Origin: Octopus vulgaris
Lineage: Eukaryota
DNA: 64,000 bases
NCBI GenBank assembly: GCA_951406725.2
Contig: OX597814.1
Coordinates: 146,010,001-146,074,000 of the forward strand
Direction of reading: 5' to 3'
In this document: in pieces, positions 15,336-27,094 of the stretch
How positions within the stretch are numbered: position 1 is the stretch's first letter
Layout: each line of letters begins with the position of its first letter
Made by a program: the position numbers and the translations under genes
The notes under the pieces: generated by a model
Databases searched by the model: none
Seen by the model: the letters and a program-made list of their open reading frames with translations, nothing else
Told to the model about the DNA's origin: nothing

Positions 15336-15957
15336 TTAAAATAAAATTAGTGTACATTGATACACCAAAGATGTGACCCCTAACAGGACACCTTACATCC
15401 TAGAAGGAGCAGCCAGAATCCATATCACGATTAAGAGCAATTTTGAAGGGGATAAAAATAAAAACATTTTCAATAGTTACTATTTGTACCTAGGTTTCGG
15501 GCATTAATGAACAAATAAAATAATCTGTGATCTGTGTTCATCATTAGCAAGGGCGCTAAATAACATATAATTATGGGACAAGAAGAGAGCACATATACCA
15601 TCTTTATACATTATAATTTTTCAAATCCACCGGGCAAGCGCAGTCATCGTGGGCAGCAAATAAAAATTTACGTGTCGACTTCCTTCAAAATTACTAAAAT
15701 CATATTAAGAAAATATAAGGTAGAAGACAAATTTTCTACCAGTGCCCGGCAAGCAAAAAGTAGTCAGATAGACAAAATATATTTCAAATAAAATTAATGT
15801 ATATTTGTACACGAAAGAAGTGACACGTAACAGGACACCTTACATGATAGAAGGAGCAGTCAAAGTCCAAACCACGGTTAAGAACAATTTCGAAGAGGAT
15901 GAAAAATAAGAGCTTTTCCAATAGTTACAACTTGTACCTAGGTTTCGAACATGAATG

Positions 15958-15960
<3 letters not shown>
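15335..15960 (-). repeat. Tandem ~180-bp direct repeats (15335-15512 and 15782-15960); PLE pLTR-like and HHR-bearing
   Basis: Shared blocks taacaggacaccttacat, tagaaggagcag, caatagttac and ttgtacctaggtttcg. Confidence 0.8.
15484..15550 (-). ncRNA. Hammerhead ribozyme motif, decayed (G5A)
   Basis: Minus strand reads UUG-CUAAUGA-U GAACA...-GAAA-CCUAGG-UA-CAA. The second repeat supplies the matching UGUUC-GAAA-CCUAGG-UA-CAAG. Confidence 0.6.
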
Positions 15961-15990
<30 letters not shown>

Positions 15991-16044
15991 CAATGATAAA
16001 TCTCTAACCCTTATGGGTTAGCCATATTCAAATGGCATATGTGA

Positions 16045-16094
<50 letters not shown>

Positions 16095-16143
16095 AAAAAT
16101 GTCAAGATAGAAAATGCTAAAATAATTTCATTAAAAAATATTT

Positions 16144-16179
16144 CAGCACCGGTTTCAGTCATTGAGACTTTTTCAATAT
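16144..16179 (-). ncRNA. Hammerhead motif with U3-A8 core; likely inactive copy
   Basis: Reads UUGAAAA-AGUC ucaau GACU-GAAA-CCGG-UG-CUG. The cleavage triplet is GUG and the 5' strand of stem I is mutated. Confidence 0.6.
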
Positions 16180-16348
16180 TAAGTATGGAAAACAATTAAA
16201 TTTTAGAAAAATTAATTGAAAAGTTTTTTTAAAGAATATTTGCATAGTGTTCAAATACAAGTGGCATTTTCCTTGTTTCTGCCTGTCTTTGTCTCTCTTG
16301 TTTACTCTTGTGGTTTCGATGTCGTTGTGAATTCTTGGTAGGGAAGAC

Positions 16349-16519
16349 GAAGAAGAAGAAGAAGAAGAAGAAGAAGAAGAAGAAGAAGAAGAAGAAGAAG
16401 AAGAAGAAGAAGAAGAAGAAGAAGAAGAAGAAGAAGAAGAAGAAGAAGAAGAAGAAGAAGAAGAAGAAGAAGAAGAAGAAGAAGAAGAAGAAGAAGAAGA
16501 AGAAGAAGAAGAAGAAGAA
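16349..16519. repeat. (GAA)57 perfect trinucleotide repeat
   Basis: 171 nt uninterrupted, inside the PLE 3' region. Confidence 0.95.
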
Positions 16520-17552
16520 TATGGGAGTGCCATGACAGTAATATGTTGAATGGTCAGCAGGCCCGAAAATGATTCGCTGTGGATTGTAGTAGTAGTTGTT
16601 AAATTCCTGAAACATCTCTTTTGAATGTATTCTTTATAAAATTTGCGTAGGTGTTATTCTAAACAGCAATAGTGGTAAAGTTAGGAAGGAATAGGAAGAA
16701 AAGAAAAATGGCGAAAAACAAAGAGCAGGGAGAATAAAAAGAATTTAGATTGTATGAAAGAAGTAAGGTGTTAAATGTTCAAATAACTTAAAATTGGCAC
16801 GTTATGGATTATAGCAGTGATTGGAACTGCTGGGAATCTTTTGAGTGTGTATTTGTGTTATGCTAAGGCCGTGGTGGATATGTCGTTTGTAGACGCGTTC
16901 AAATGGGGACTGTATTTTGTAGTAAAGAAAGTCACTTTACTAATTCGTTAGCTCCAGGTTTTACCGTCCCTGAATTGGTAGAGGGGAAAAACCTGAAGCT
17001 TGAATTTTTGTTATTGGCGCAAATATCTGTGTTGACTGAATGCTATTTTTCTGTTTTTTGGAATTTTGATCTGGGATCTGTGCAAAGCCATTCTTTTACG
17101 TAGACTGTTTTTGTTTGGTCTATGTATTGCACTTGACTCCCAGAGCAGGTTAGTGCGTATATCAGGTTCTCCGAAGCACATGTGAAGTTGCTTTACATTA
17201 TGAAAAGTAGTCACTGTTTGAAGGAGAACTCTGATCCCTCAATTAAACAGTCACATATCCCACAGTTGGGTCTTCCGGATTTTTTTTACTGACGGCTTCT
17301 GTGTTGTTGAGCGTATTCGGGCTTGTGCTAGGAAACTTTTTTTAGCAGGTGTATGTTTTGGAAGATGGTGTCGAAGGCTTCATTGTTGAGAGGGTTGTGT
17401 ATGGAGATTTATGGTAGGGCTTTTGGTTGTAAATCTTTCTTTAATTTGGGATTTCTGACTTCGTGGATGTTGAGTTGAAGGGCACGTTGAAAACATATGT
17501 CAATTAGTGAAGGTTGGTAGTTCCTGGTGATGAGAGTACCCTTTAGTTCATA

Positions 17553-17924
17553 CTAGCAGTATCGCCCGGCGTTGCTCGGGTTTGTAAGGGAAATAACTAT
17601 AAAGCATTTTTAGAGAGTTATAGCCAAAAAATGGAAAAAAAATTATGGTAAATTTTTTTTTAGTTAAAAAGGTCGAGTTGCGTCCCCTAGACAGTCTGTG
17701 GTTTGTGTTTCTGATTCTCGACCCCATGTCGAATTTATCGATTTTTTTTCAGAACTGGGGGAACTTTTCAAAGTTTTCGCTGCGTTAGTTTTGAATTATG
17801 ACATTGGGCTATGTGTGTGTCAAGTTTCATCAGAATCGGTTGAAAGCCGTGGTCAGGGTGAGGGTACAACCTAACAGACACACAGAAACACACACAGACA
17901 AACTGCCGTTTATATATAGAGAGA
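17553..17924 (-). mobile_element. Non-autonomous Helitron, copy 2 (complete, 372 bp)
   Basis: Minus strand reads A|TCTCTCTATATATAAAC...CCCGAGCAACGCCGGGCGATACTGCTAG|T with no TSD. Removing it restores the host PLE reading frame. Confidence 0.92.
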
Positions 17925-19230
17925 TAGTCTTGTGTCTCCGGTGTTTGCATTAGAAACTATAGTACATATCCTTTTTTGCTAGGTTGAAGTGGATATTCAT
18001 TCAGGTGTGTCTGTATATCAACTTTGGCTTCCTGTCGTTGACTGTTCTTATTTTCAGTAACCTCTGGCATAGAGGGTTAGAAGACATCGTATTTATCTGC
18101 ATCAGCGATTACACAATGGAGAAGCGACGCCTCTCATGTTCGCTTTCGTATTGTCCCAATTTCTGGAATTGCAAGATTCAGAGATCGTTGACTTTCATAT
18201 TTGTTTTTATGTCAAGTTAAAACAAAAAAAAAATTGAAGAGGATTACTCGATAATTTTAATATAGTACATATTCATTATTGTTTAACAGGAATAATATTG
18301 ACTGTAACCTCGATGATGCGGCTTGCTAACCCGTCGCTTGATGATGACGTAAGATACAGTAACTTAAAAGTCACAGTCACACTGCCCATGAGAGTGTATG
18401 ATGACTGCACAATAGGTTTATGTGTCCAATAAACTCTGAGTAATATACGTTTAAATCAAAAAGTGTCTTTCTCGAGACACGCACAAAAGTATATATGAGC
18501 GTGTGTCTGTCTACGCATATATTTCTGTTCCACAAAATTATGTATATGAACAATACTCATGAATATATTCTTGGATGATTAAATATCACAAGTTCTGAAG
18601 TTTGGTTATGTATATCTTCTCTTTGAAACTTTCAAACTAACCAACATTGTCCTGGCAGCTAAATCAGCATGAAATCTGATCAAGTCAGTAAGTATTGTTT
18701 TCAGATTCGTGATTACAAATGCAGGATAGAGTAGCCAATACATATCGTGCTCTTTACGACTGGCAAATGTATAATGATGAAGTGAATGGAATAAATACGT
18801 TTGAATCTAATTTGCTATTCTAAAGAAAGACGGATAGTTATACGATATATCTTTAGCTGATATTACAGATAGAGATATTTTAAGAAAGTATACCCTAATA
18901 TATTCCTCTTCACCAGTCAGCTTTAGTAACATGAATGGCATTCACCAATGTCATGAATGCTCGGTAATCCATAATGAATAATTTCTTATGATATATATAT
19001 TGGCATTTTCGTAGCATTTCCACTAAATCTCTTCCTACAGCTTCAACATTATTAGCGCTATTATCACCATCATCATTAACATAGACATCTTCATCTATAT
19101 GGAAGGCTAAACTATAATGACATAGGTCTGTGGTGCTCAATTTGAATATGAGAATTACCAATAATTACAAAAATTAGGATCCTAAGGTGCCCTTTGTATA
19201 ACCCTAAAAATTTCATATAAAAATAACCAT

Positions 19231-19509
19231 GTGCAGGAGTGGCTGTGTGGTAAGCACCTTGCCTACCAACCACATGGTTCCGGGTTCAGTCCCACTGCAT
19301 GGCACCTTGCGCAAGTGTCTTCTACTATAGGCTCGGGCCAACCAAAGCCTTGTGAGTGGATTTAGCAGACGGAAACTGAACGAAGCCCGTCGTATATATA
19401 TATATGTAGATGTACGTATGTATATATTTGTGTCTGTGTTTGTCCCCCCCCCAGCATCGGTTGTCAAGTGATGTTGGGGTGACACACAAAAACAAATAAA
19501 CACACACAC

Positions 19510-19555
<46 letters not shown>

Positions 19556-19582
19556 GTATATACGACAGGCTTCTTTCAGTTT
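19231..19582 (+). mobile_element. SINE family A, rearranged (plus-strand head joined to an inverted middle segment)
   Basis: Head at 19231-19450 on plus; then ccagcatcggttgtcaag...cgacaggcttctttcagttt in minus orientation. Confidence 0.8.
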
Positions 19583-20679
19583 ATTTCAGAACTAATTCAA
19601 TATCAGGGAAAAAGTTCAGCATATAAAATGCATATGTATATCCTTGCTAAGCAAATATTCAAAGCGTGTAAAATATAATCAAATTTAAAATACCACTGAA
19701 AATAGGCTCGTCATTTTATCTTGACAGATGCATAGTATAACTTTTTCCATTGACCCTATATGTAAGGTTCTACTACGAGACAAAATATCGTCAAATCTAT
19801 AGACTCTACCTGGATACATATATTAGTATATTTTTATTTGTTCAGCTGTATCCGCTAAGGACTGAAGCGTGAGTCGCATGTGTTGCCGTACATAAGAGAA
19901 GTATTCTACCCTCATATACCAAATAACATTACACATGAAATGGCAGCAGAAGTTTATCTCATAACATTAAATCCGCTGGGAAATGTGTAGCTATTAATTT
20001 AGTGCTTTTACATGGATTTAGTATACATACACGAAATCTTGATTGCATTATTACATGAAATAGTAAATGCACCAGAACTATTAATCGACTATTTACAAGT
20101 GAGTAAAAATATAGTTTCTTCCTATAACAAAAGCATATGGGGTAATTAAATCAGCGTATTTACCAATATTGTATTGAATCATAATAGCAGAAAAGAAAAG
20201 TGGCTGCCAGAGGGTGGATGTATATGTGAAGAAGAACGACTCAAACATAAAATATTTAAATATACGTACAACATGATTTGATTACCAGAAAGGAATCTGT
20301 AATGAGAAATTATGCTGATATGTAATATAAATCAACTATTATACAGAGGTATTATATTAAATATGTTATGGCAAATTGCAAACAGTCAGTAACGTGGCAG
20401 ATAGAGGACAATCAGATATAGTTAGAATGGCCTTAGGGAGATTAATGTTAAAGTGACTATACTTACCTCTTCTGCTTAACATAATTAACACGCTATTCAA
20501 AGCATAAAAGTGATACGCCTAAGATACTCCTAAGTAGAGATACTCCTAAGATGTGAATATAGATTTAAAAATTCTAAAATCATTTTCACTAGAAGCAACG
20601 TAATAATATTTCAAAGCATTATTTGGAATCAAAATCTAAAACAAAAGACACAAATCGACGGGAGAGGTTTACAGCATTC

Positions 20680-20890
20680 GTTCTTTAATTGTTTCAGTCG
20701 TTTAACTGTGGTCATCTTGGAACACTACCTAGACGAACAAATAGACCTAAGCGAATAAATAGACATAAGACAGAGAATCCATGTCTCACTGTCTTTCGTA
20801 GAATGGCTAGGTTATGGGGAGGTAAACAAACCAACAGCGTTGTCAAGTGGTGGTTAGTCTCAATATCAGACACAAAGACACACACATAAA
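20680..20890 (-). mobile_element. SINE family A, degenerate tail fragment
   Basis: ttgtttcagtcgtttaactgtggtcat...gttgtcaag resembles 10245-10410. Confidence 0.6.
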
Positions 20891-21065
20891 AACAAAGTCA
20901 CAAACATGGAGACGTGCGCGCTCATATATATATATATGTATATATATATATGTATTTATATAAATATGTGTGGGTATGTATATATATATATACATATACA
21001 CATATATATACTACATATACATATGTAAATACGTGTATATATACATATGTAAGTATATACGTATA

Positions 21066-21118
<53 letters not shown>

Positions 21119-21179
21119 TCTTATATATTCATATATAGAGATAGAGACGTGCGCGCGCATAAATATCTGTATATATATA

Positions 21180-21600
21180 TAAAATTAAATAAGGCTAGAA
21201 ATTGATATTAATCAACTAAAACCAGTGGCCTTGTATATTTTTAAAAAATCCGAAGATTAATAATTTTTTTTTTACATACAAAATTTAGAGGACTGACCAC
21301 TAAAAATATGGCCAGCCTATATGTTAGTTATAGATGTCAAAATCGTCATTTTCCACGAAGAATATGTTCTCGAGAAAAGAATCAGCAAAAATCAAAGTGT
21401 AAAAATATGCAAGACATGAAAATATACGAAATGAAAAAAAACCGATTACCTATGTACTAATTAGTTTCACTTGCTAATATTTACGTATATAGATACGCAA
21501 ACATCTGCAAGATCATCAGCATAGTCTGTCATTTACAAAACAAAATTCCCAAGACTAGATACAGAACGGTCAACCGAAATCCATCATGTATAACGTTCTA
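21180..21600 (-). mobile_element. PLE pLTR-like repeat carrying an HHR
   Basis: 21180-21385 is homologous to 23480-23680 (aaaaccagtgg, aatccgaagattaa, ggactga) and the repeat contains a canonical HHR. Confidence 0.7.
21450..21524 (-). ncRNA. Type I hammerhead ribozyme, canonical core
   Basis: Minus strand reads CUAUG-CUGAUGA-U CUUGC...GCAAG U-GAAA-CUAAUUAG-UA-CAUAG. Stem I is CUAUG/CAUAG, stem III is palindromic, and the GUA cleavage site falls between 21455 and 21454. Confidence 0.85.
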
Positions 21601-21614
21601 CAAATATATATACA

Positions 21615-21815
21615 TAGTTCAGGGTTCAGTCCCGCTTCGTGGCATCTTGGGCAAATGTCATCTACTCTAGATTCGGGGCGACCAAGCAACTCCCCCAAAC
21701 AGATCGATAGAATAAGTACTTCGCTTACAAAGAATACGTGCTGGGGCTAATTTGTTCGACTAAAGGCGGTGCTCAAGCATGGGCGCAGTCAAATGGCTGA
21801 AACGAGTATAAAGAA
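21615..21815 (+). mobile_element. SINE family A, internally deleted copy
   Basis: gggttcagtcccgcttcgtggcatcttgggcaa is joined to the tail taaaggcggtgctcaagcatgggcgcagtc. Confidence 0.75.
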
Positions 21816-21849
21816 TGCATTCATATACACACACAAGTTGATATATATG

Positions 21850-21965
21850 GAAAAAGGTCAAAGTAGAAGATGCTAAAATAATTTTATAAAAAGACATTTT
21901 AGTACCGGTTTCAGTCATTGAGACTTTTTCAACTGTAAGTATGGAAAACAATTAAATTTTGGAAT
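21850..21965 (-). mobile_element. Solo pLTR fragment of the 16093-18013 PLE family
   Basis: Near-identical to 16093-16215 (ccggtttcagtcattgagactttttcaa...aagtatggaaaacaattaaatttt). Confidence 0.85.
21900..21935 (-). ncRNA. Minimal hammerhead motif, U3-A8 core
   Basis: Reads CAG-UUGAAAA-AGUC ucaau GACU-GAAA-CCGG-UA-CUA, with a GUA site and palindromic stem III. Confidence 0.7.
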
Positions 21966-22061
21966 AATTCAAACAACCTCCCCTTATAAGTTGGTAATTA
22001 GTAGAAATTTACGATAACTTAAAGTGGCCGAAGGCATTTGCACGGTACTGTATATACGTGT

Positions 22062-22093
22062 GTAGTAGTAGTAGTAGTAGTAGTAGTAGTAAC

Positions 22094-22150
<57 letters not shown>
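22062..22150. repeat. (TAG)n microsatellite
   Basis: Seen directly in the sequence. Confidence 0.95.
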
Positions 22151-22151
<1 letters not shown>

Positions 22152-22269
22152 CTAGTAACAGCATAGCCATAAGTAGTAGAATTAGTATTCGTAGTAGTTA
22201 TGCTAGTCGTAGTATCTGTGGTAGTAGTAGGAGTAGCATCAACATCATCAATAGCAGCGTCTTAGCAGT

Positions 22270-23235
22270 GGTGGAGTCAGTAGTTTACCTTCCTTGCAAC
22301 GCATCCGAAACCATAGCGGTCTACTGGCCTGTAGCTCCCTTCTCTACCCTACTGCCACTAATTTCGGATCCTTCTCTTGCTCCAGAACCCAGTGTCACAC
22401 GTTTCCGGTTATCAACATCATCTCCCACACTGGGAGCATTCAAGACATTATTCACCCCCGTGACGCCTTCACTTGTATCTATTCTAACCTCATCTTTTGC
22501 GTCAGATATACCCTTTGCTTCTCATTAAATGCTGGACAGTCTGGCTACCGTCTAGTCGACGTACTTACAGGAAATGAAAACGTAATAGTAAACCCGTCTC
22601 CCGTTATTTCTGCTCGACCAACCATTCCGACAAACACCTTATTGCGTTTGGCCTGACCTTACACCATGGAGCCACCACCATCGCCACCAGACTTTGCCAG
22701 GTGCGGCGGTATGTTTTCAGAGTACGAACTGATTCACCCTTCGGATTTAACATCTCTTTCCATCTTGTAGCAGCTTCCAAATTCTTTTTCCCTCTCGTTC
22801 TCTTTTCCTGTGCTGTTCACCGTCTTTTCTCTCTCCATTTATCTTCACACCCTCATACATAACATATAACCACACACCTACAACAAACATATATACACAT
22901 ATACACACGCCACCTACACACACATGCACAGTATCCCGACCACGGACAGAATGACAATTTTTTCCAAAAAAATCATTCTCATACCTTCAAAAACCACATT
23001 CTCTGTCTCTCCCTCTTGTTTATCGGTAAAGTGCTTTTGTGCAGGTTCCCCACTCCTTCCTCCTTTACTTTCTCTTTAGAGTTTTTCCTCTTTGCGACAA
23101 AGTGACATGTTCGAAATGTCATTTTCCGCAAGTATTTTCCCATCTAAAACTTTTACTGAGCGTCAAACTTATATTCACTGTGTAGGCCTATCTCACTTGT
23201 GCTGTGTTTTCGTCTTTTTTTTTTTTTTTTGGTGT
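22270..23235 (+). mobile_element. Penelope-like element, decayed GIY-YIG and 3' region
   Basis: ORF 22294..22656 GSFSCSRTQCHTFP...FTCIYSNLIFCVRYTLCFSLNAGQSGYRL is a degenerate Cys linker plus GIY-YIG. Its 3' end (ctgagcgtc) resembles 34940-35125. Confidence 0.75.
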
Positions 23236-23479
23236 TCTTCATTTTCTGGGTCTAAATTCCACGGAGGTCAACATTGACTTTCATTCTTTCCGGATGATAA
23301 AATGTACTAGTTCAAGACTGAAGGCGATCGGATCGATATACCCTGTCCCCGGAACTTGCTGCCATTGTGCAAAATTTTGAAATCAATATTTGATTTGCCT
23401 ATGTGTGTGAATGGGAGGGGAGTGTGTGTGTATGCAAGCATATATTATATGTTTATATATATATATATATATATATATT

Positions 23480-23867
23480 TAAAAATTAAGGGTAAAAATT
23501 GATGTTAGTCAATTAAAACCAGTGGTCTAGCACATTAAAAAGAATCCGAAGATTAAAATATTTATATATACCAATTAAGGACTGAACACGAAAGGTGGAC
23601 AGTCAACATGCTAGATATAGACGTCAAATCGCCATTCTCCACAAAGATTTTGTTCTCAAATAAAAATAAAATTCAGCACGACCTAAAGCAATGGATAAGA
23701 CAAAAGAAATGGAATAATCCATTTAGTATATTTCTTTTGTCTTATCTATTGCTTTAGGTCGTGCTGAATTTTATTTTTATTTGAGAACAAAATCTTTGTG
23801 GAGAATGGCGATTTGACGTCTATATCTAGCATGTTGACTGTCCACCTTTCGTGTTCAGTCCTTAATT

Positions 23868-23878
<11 letters not shown>
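23480..23878. repeat. PLE-type repeat with fold-back inverted duplication (arms 23563-23710 and 23730-23877)
   Basis: Arms of ~148 bp with one mismatch seen, separated by a 19-nt spacer. Confidence 0.92.
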
Positions 23879-23944
<66 letters not shown>

Positions 23945-23947
23945 ATC

Positions 23948-24006
<59 letters not shown>

Positions 24007-25419
24007 GCACGTTTGTGTTCCTATGTGCCCCTTTGCCCCGGTTCGATTGTAAATATGTTCTTTAAATAAGCAGTACCGTTAAATGTCTTATTTACACTGC
24101 CGTTGCTTCTGCATTATATCAAACACCAATATATATTGATATATGTGTGCTAGTGTTTGTCTATGCATGTATGTTTGTATGTAGTGAGTGTATTTGTATA
24201 TATTGAGGTATGAGAGACAAAGAGAGAGAAGAAAGAGAGAGAGAAAGAGAGAGTGAGAGAGAGAGCGACTAAGAAATATTGCCCTAAATTAAATTTGATC
24301 TTGTTCGATTTGGTGGACAAACGTCGAAAACCAACGTGATTTGTGACAAAACCGATAAATGTAATGTTAAAATGATCTATAGATAACACAAACTTTATGA
24401 AACTAAATAGAATTTATACGTTCGGAAATTATAATATGATAAATAAGATGAATCAGACAATTACAAAAAAAAGTTATATCTAGAATTGGGATAATTTCTT
24501 CCAATTCAAATAAGTACTATATAGTTTTTGAATTGTCAAGGTGACGAAAAATGTTTATTACTAAAGGTAAAATGGAGTAGAGACAAAGAATAATGAGTTT
24601 TTATATATATTAAGACCGATAAATCTTGATTCTATCAACAATTCTTTCGAATTACATGGTAAGAACTGATAACTGAATTCCAATTGTATATTCAATTTAC
24701 ATTTTTAGAAATATATTTACGTGAAGCAACAGAAAATTACAAGCTTCGATTATTTAATCATGGAGCGAATTTGATGCTAAGCTTTATGAAGTTTAAGTTT
24801 AAATCAAATATGAATTTTCTATCTTCGGATAACATTCTCTGATTATCAAATCAACAGAAACTCCATTCCTGATCAGAAGCATTATACATTTTAGTCTCCT
24901 TATGTAATGATTAAATCGAATTTAAAGTAAGCTGATAGTTTTTAAATGCTCGTAGGTAGCCTTCGCAATTTAAAGTTTTATTGAAATATATAACCTGTGA
25001 CATACAAAGTCAAGTAATTATTTCAAAATCTCCTTTTGTAATCTCTGTAGACTCGGGAAAACAAATCATTGATTTCTTATCTCAGCCTCAAAGCATCTTT
25101 CTACCAAGCCATACTAGGTGCCTAAATATATAGATATAGTAGAATAGATATTACGTTAATTTTATAATAAAATTACTCGCCTTGCCTCAATTTTGTGTTA
25201 GGAGATTTTAAACGTTTTTTTTTTTTTGTATTTTGTACTGTCAGCTTATTGCATGATGCCTTTATCGACATTAAAAAACTAATTTGGACATTAAAAAACT
25301 AATTTGAGAGACGGGATGATTGGCAGTGCTACAACTGGAGTACACAATGCACATCACCGCTACTTAAGGGCCCGGGCTGGTAATTACACTCAAAACCTGC
25401 ACAAACCTCACAAATGAAG

Positions 25420-25500
<81 letters not shown>

Positions 25501-25559
25501 TGTATGTATGTATGTATGTATGTATGTATGTATGTATAACATATAATGTAACGAATATC

Positions 25560-26893
25560 CTGTTACTGCAGATATAGTGTTTACATTCATTATCGAACCT
25601 CTGGCAGCATATTTAATATAAGGTGCTTTGCTGCAAAAACAATGGTATTTACCTCTATCATAAGAGACTTTTTGTATACAGATGATTGTGAGCTAGTAGC
25701 GCACACAGTGATTGATATGCAACACATTTTGAATGCATTCTCTGATGCTTGCACTGCCTTAAGATTGACAGTCAATCTCCAGAAAACTGTTGTCATGTAC
25801 CAACCTTCCCCTGGTAAGCAGTATAGTGTACCAAATATCTATGTGTATGGTAAATAACTTGATGTAGTTGATCAGTTTGTCTACCTGGGAAGCACTATTA
25901 ATAGATATAGCAATTTGGATGATGACATTCCATATAGAATTAGGAAAGCAAGTGTTGCTTTCGGAAGGCTAGAAAGGCGCCTCTGGAGTCGGGGATACAT
26001 ATGCAGAAAGACAAAGATAAAGGTGTGCAAGGCATGTGTGCTCCCTTCTCTTCTCTATGCCTGCGAGAAGCGGGTCACATATCGATACCACCTTAAACAA
26101 CTGGAACGTTTCCATTATATATGTCTCAGGCGGATCTATGGCATTAAGTGGGAGGACCGCATCAGTGATCTTGAAATATTGGAAGGGTCTCGGTGCGAAA
26201 GTATAGAAGTTCTTGTGTTAAAGCAAAGGCTCATGTGGAGTGGTCATCTGGTCTGGATGAAGGATTCAAGAATGCCAAAACAACTCTTTTATGGAGAACG
26301 ACCTCTACATAAACCAAAAAAGAGGTATAAGGAATTGCTGAAGGCTTCCTTAAGAGATACTTGCATATCTCCTGACACTTGGGAGGGCATAGCTATTGAT
26401 TGTAGCAGGTGGAGAAGGATTGTGCATGAGGGGACAGCTACTTTTGAGAAATCTCGAGTTGCGCATGAGAAAGTAAGGAGGGATGTCAGGAAGGGCATCC
26501 CTGTTACAATTCCAGATGGGAAGTTTCTTCCTATGATGCTGATATGCAGTGTCTGTGCAAGACCCTGCCTCAGTAAAGCTGGACTCAAGAGTCATCTTCG
26601 TAGTCATAAAGATAGACAGATGAGTGACAACCTGGCCACTGGTGGTGGTGTTAAACACCATACTAATCATATCTGTCAGGCATGTGGAAGAAAATGTAAT
26701 TCGGTAGGAGGACTTAAACGACATGCAAAGGTACATGAAGCCCAGTTACAACTACAGCCGGCTATTACCGAGCTTCCAATTCTGTACAAGACATCGTAGA
26801 TCTTTAGCTGGGCTAAAAAGTCACATTCGATCACAGCACCAATAACAGTTGAGTTCGTGCAATGGCCATGCTCGATAACGAGGGGGCAACCAT
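25560..26893 (+). mobile_element. RTE-clade LINE, 3' part (RT C-terminus plus C2H2 fingers), pseudogenised
   Basis: FLYTDDC (YADD-like), a stop at 25855, FVYLGS, LMWSGHLVWMKDSRMPKQLFYGE, and fingers CSVC..HLRSH and CQAC..HAKVH. Corresponds to ORFs 25642..25857 and 25915..26799. Confidence 0.92.
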
Positions 26894-27094
26894 TATATAT
26901 ATTTATATCCATATATATATATATATATATAAATATATATACGTACTACAGACACACACACACTCACACATATATGTATATACCGTACTACTAGTTATTA
27001 TCTTAAAGATATATAGATCCAACGCTTATATACGTATATACACAAAACACACACACACACACATTTATATATATATCCTTTATATAGGATATAT

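Larger units (their letters stand above)
16093..18013 (-). mobile_element. Penelope-like retroelement, 5'-truncated and frameshifted
   Basis: RT thumb region NIHFNLAK/RICTIVSNANTGDTRLYELKGTLITRNYQPSLID, a Cys linker RPNCGICDC, and GIY-YIG FTCASENLIYALTCSGSQVQYIDQTK/NSLRKRMALHRSQIK. The 3' pLTR with HHR motif matches 21850-21965. Confidence 0.9.

Noticed and set aside
18910-19161. 83-aa non-repetitive ORF
   Set aside because: No recognisable homology; length is compatible with chance.
25915-26799. 294-aa ORF as a host zinc-finger gene
   Set aside because: It is the C-terminal part of an RTE ORF, preceded by an in-frame stop and RT motifs.
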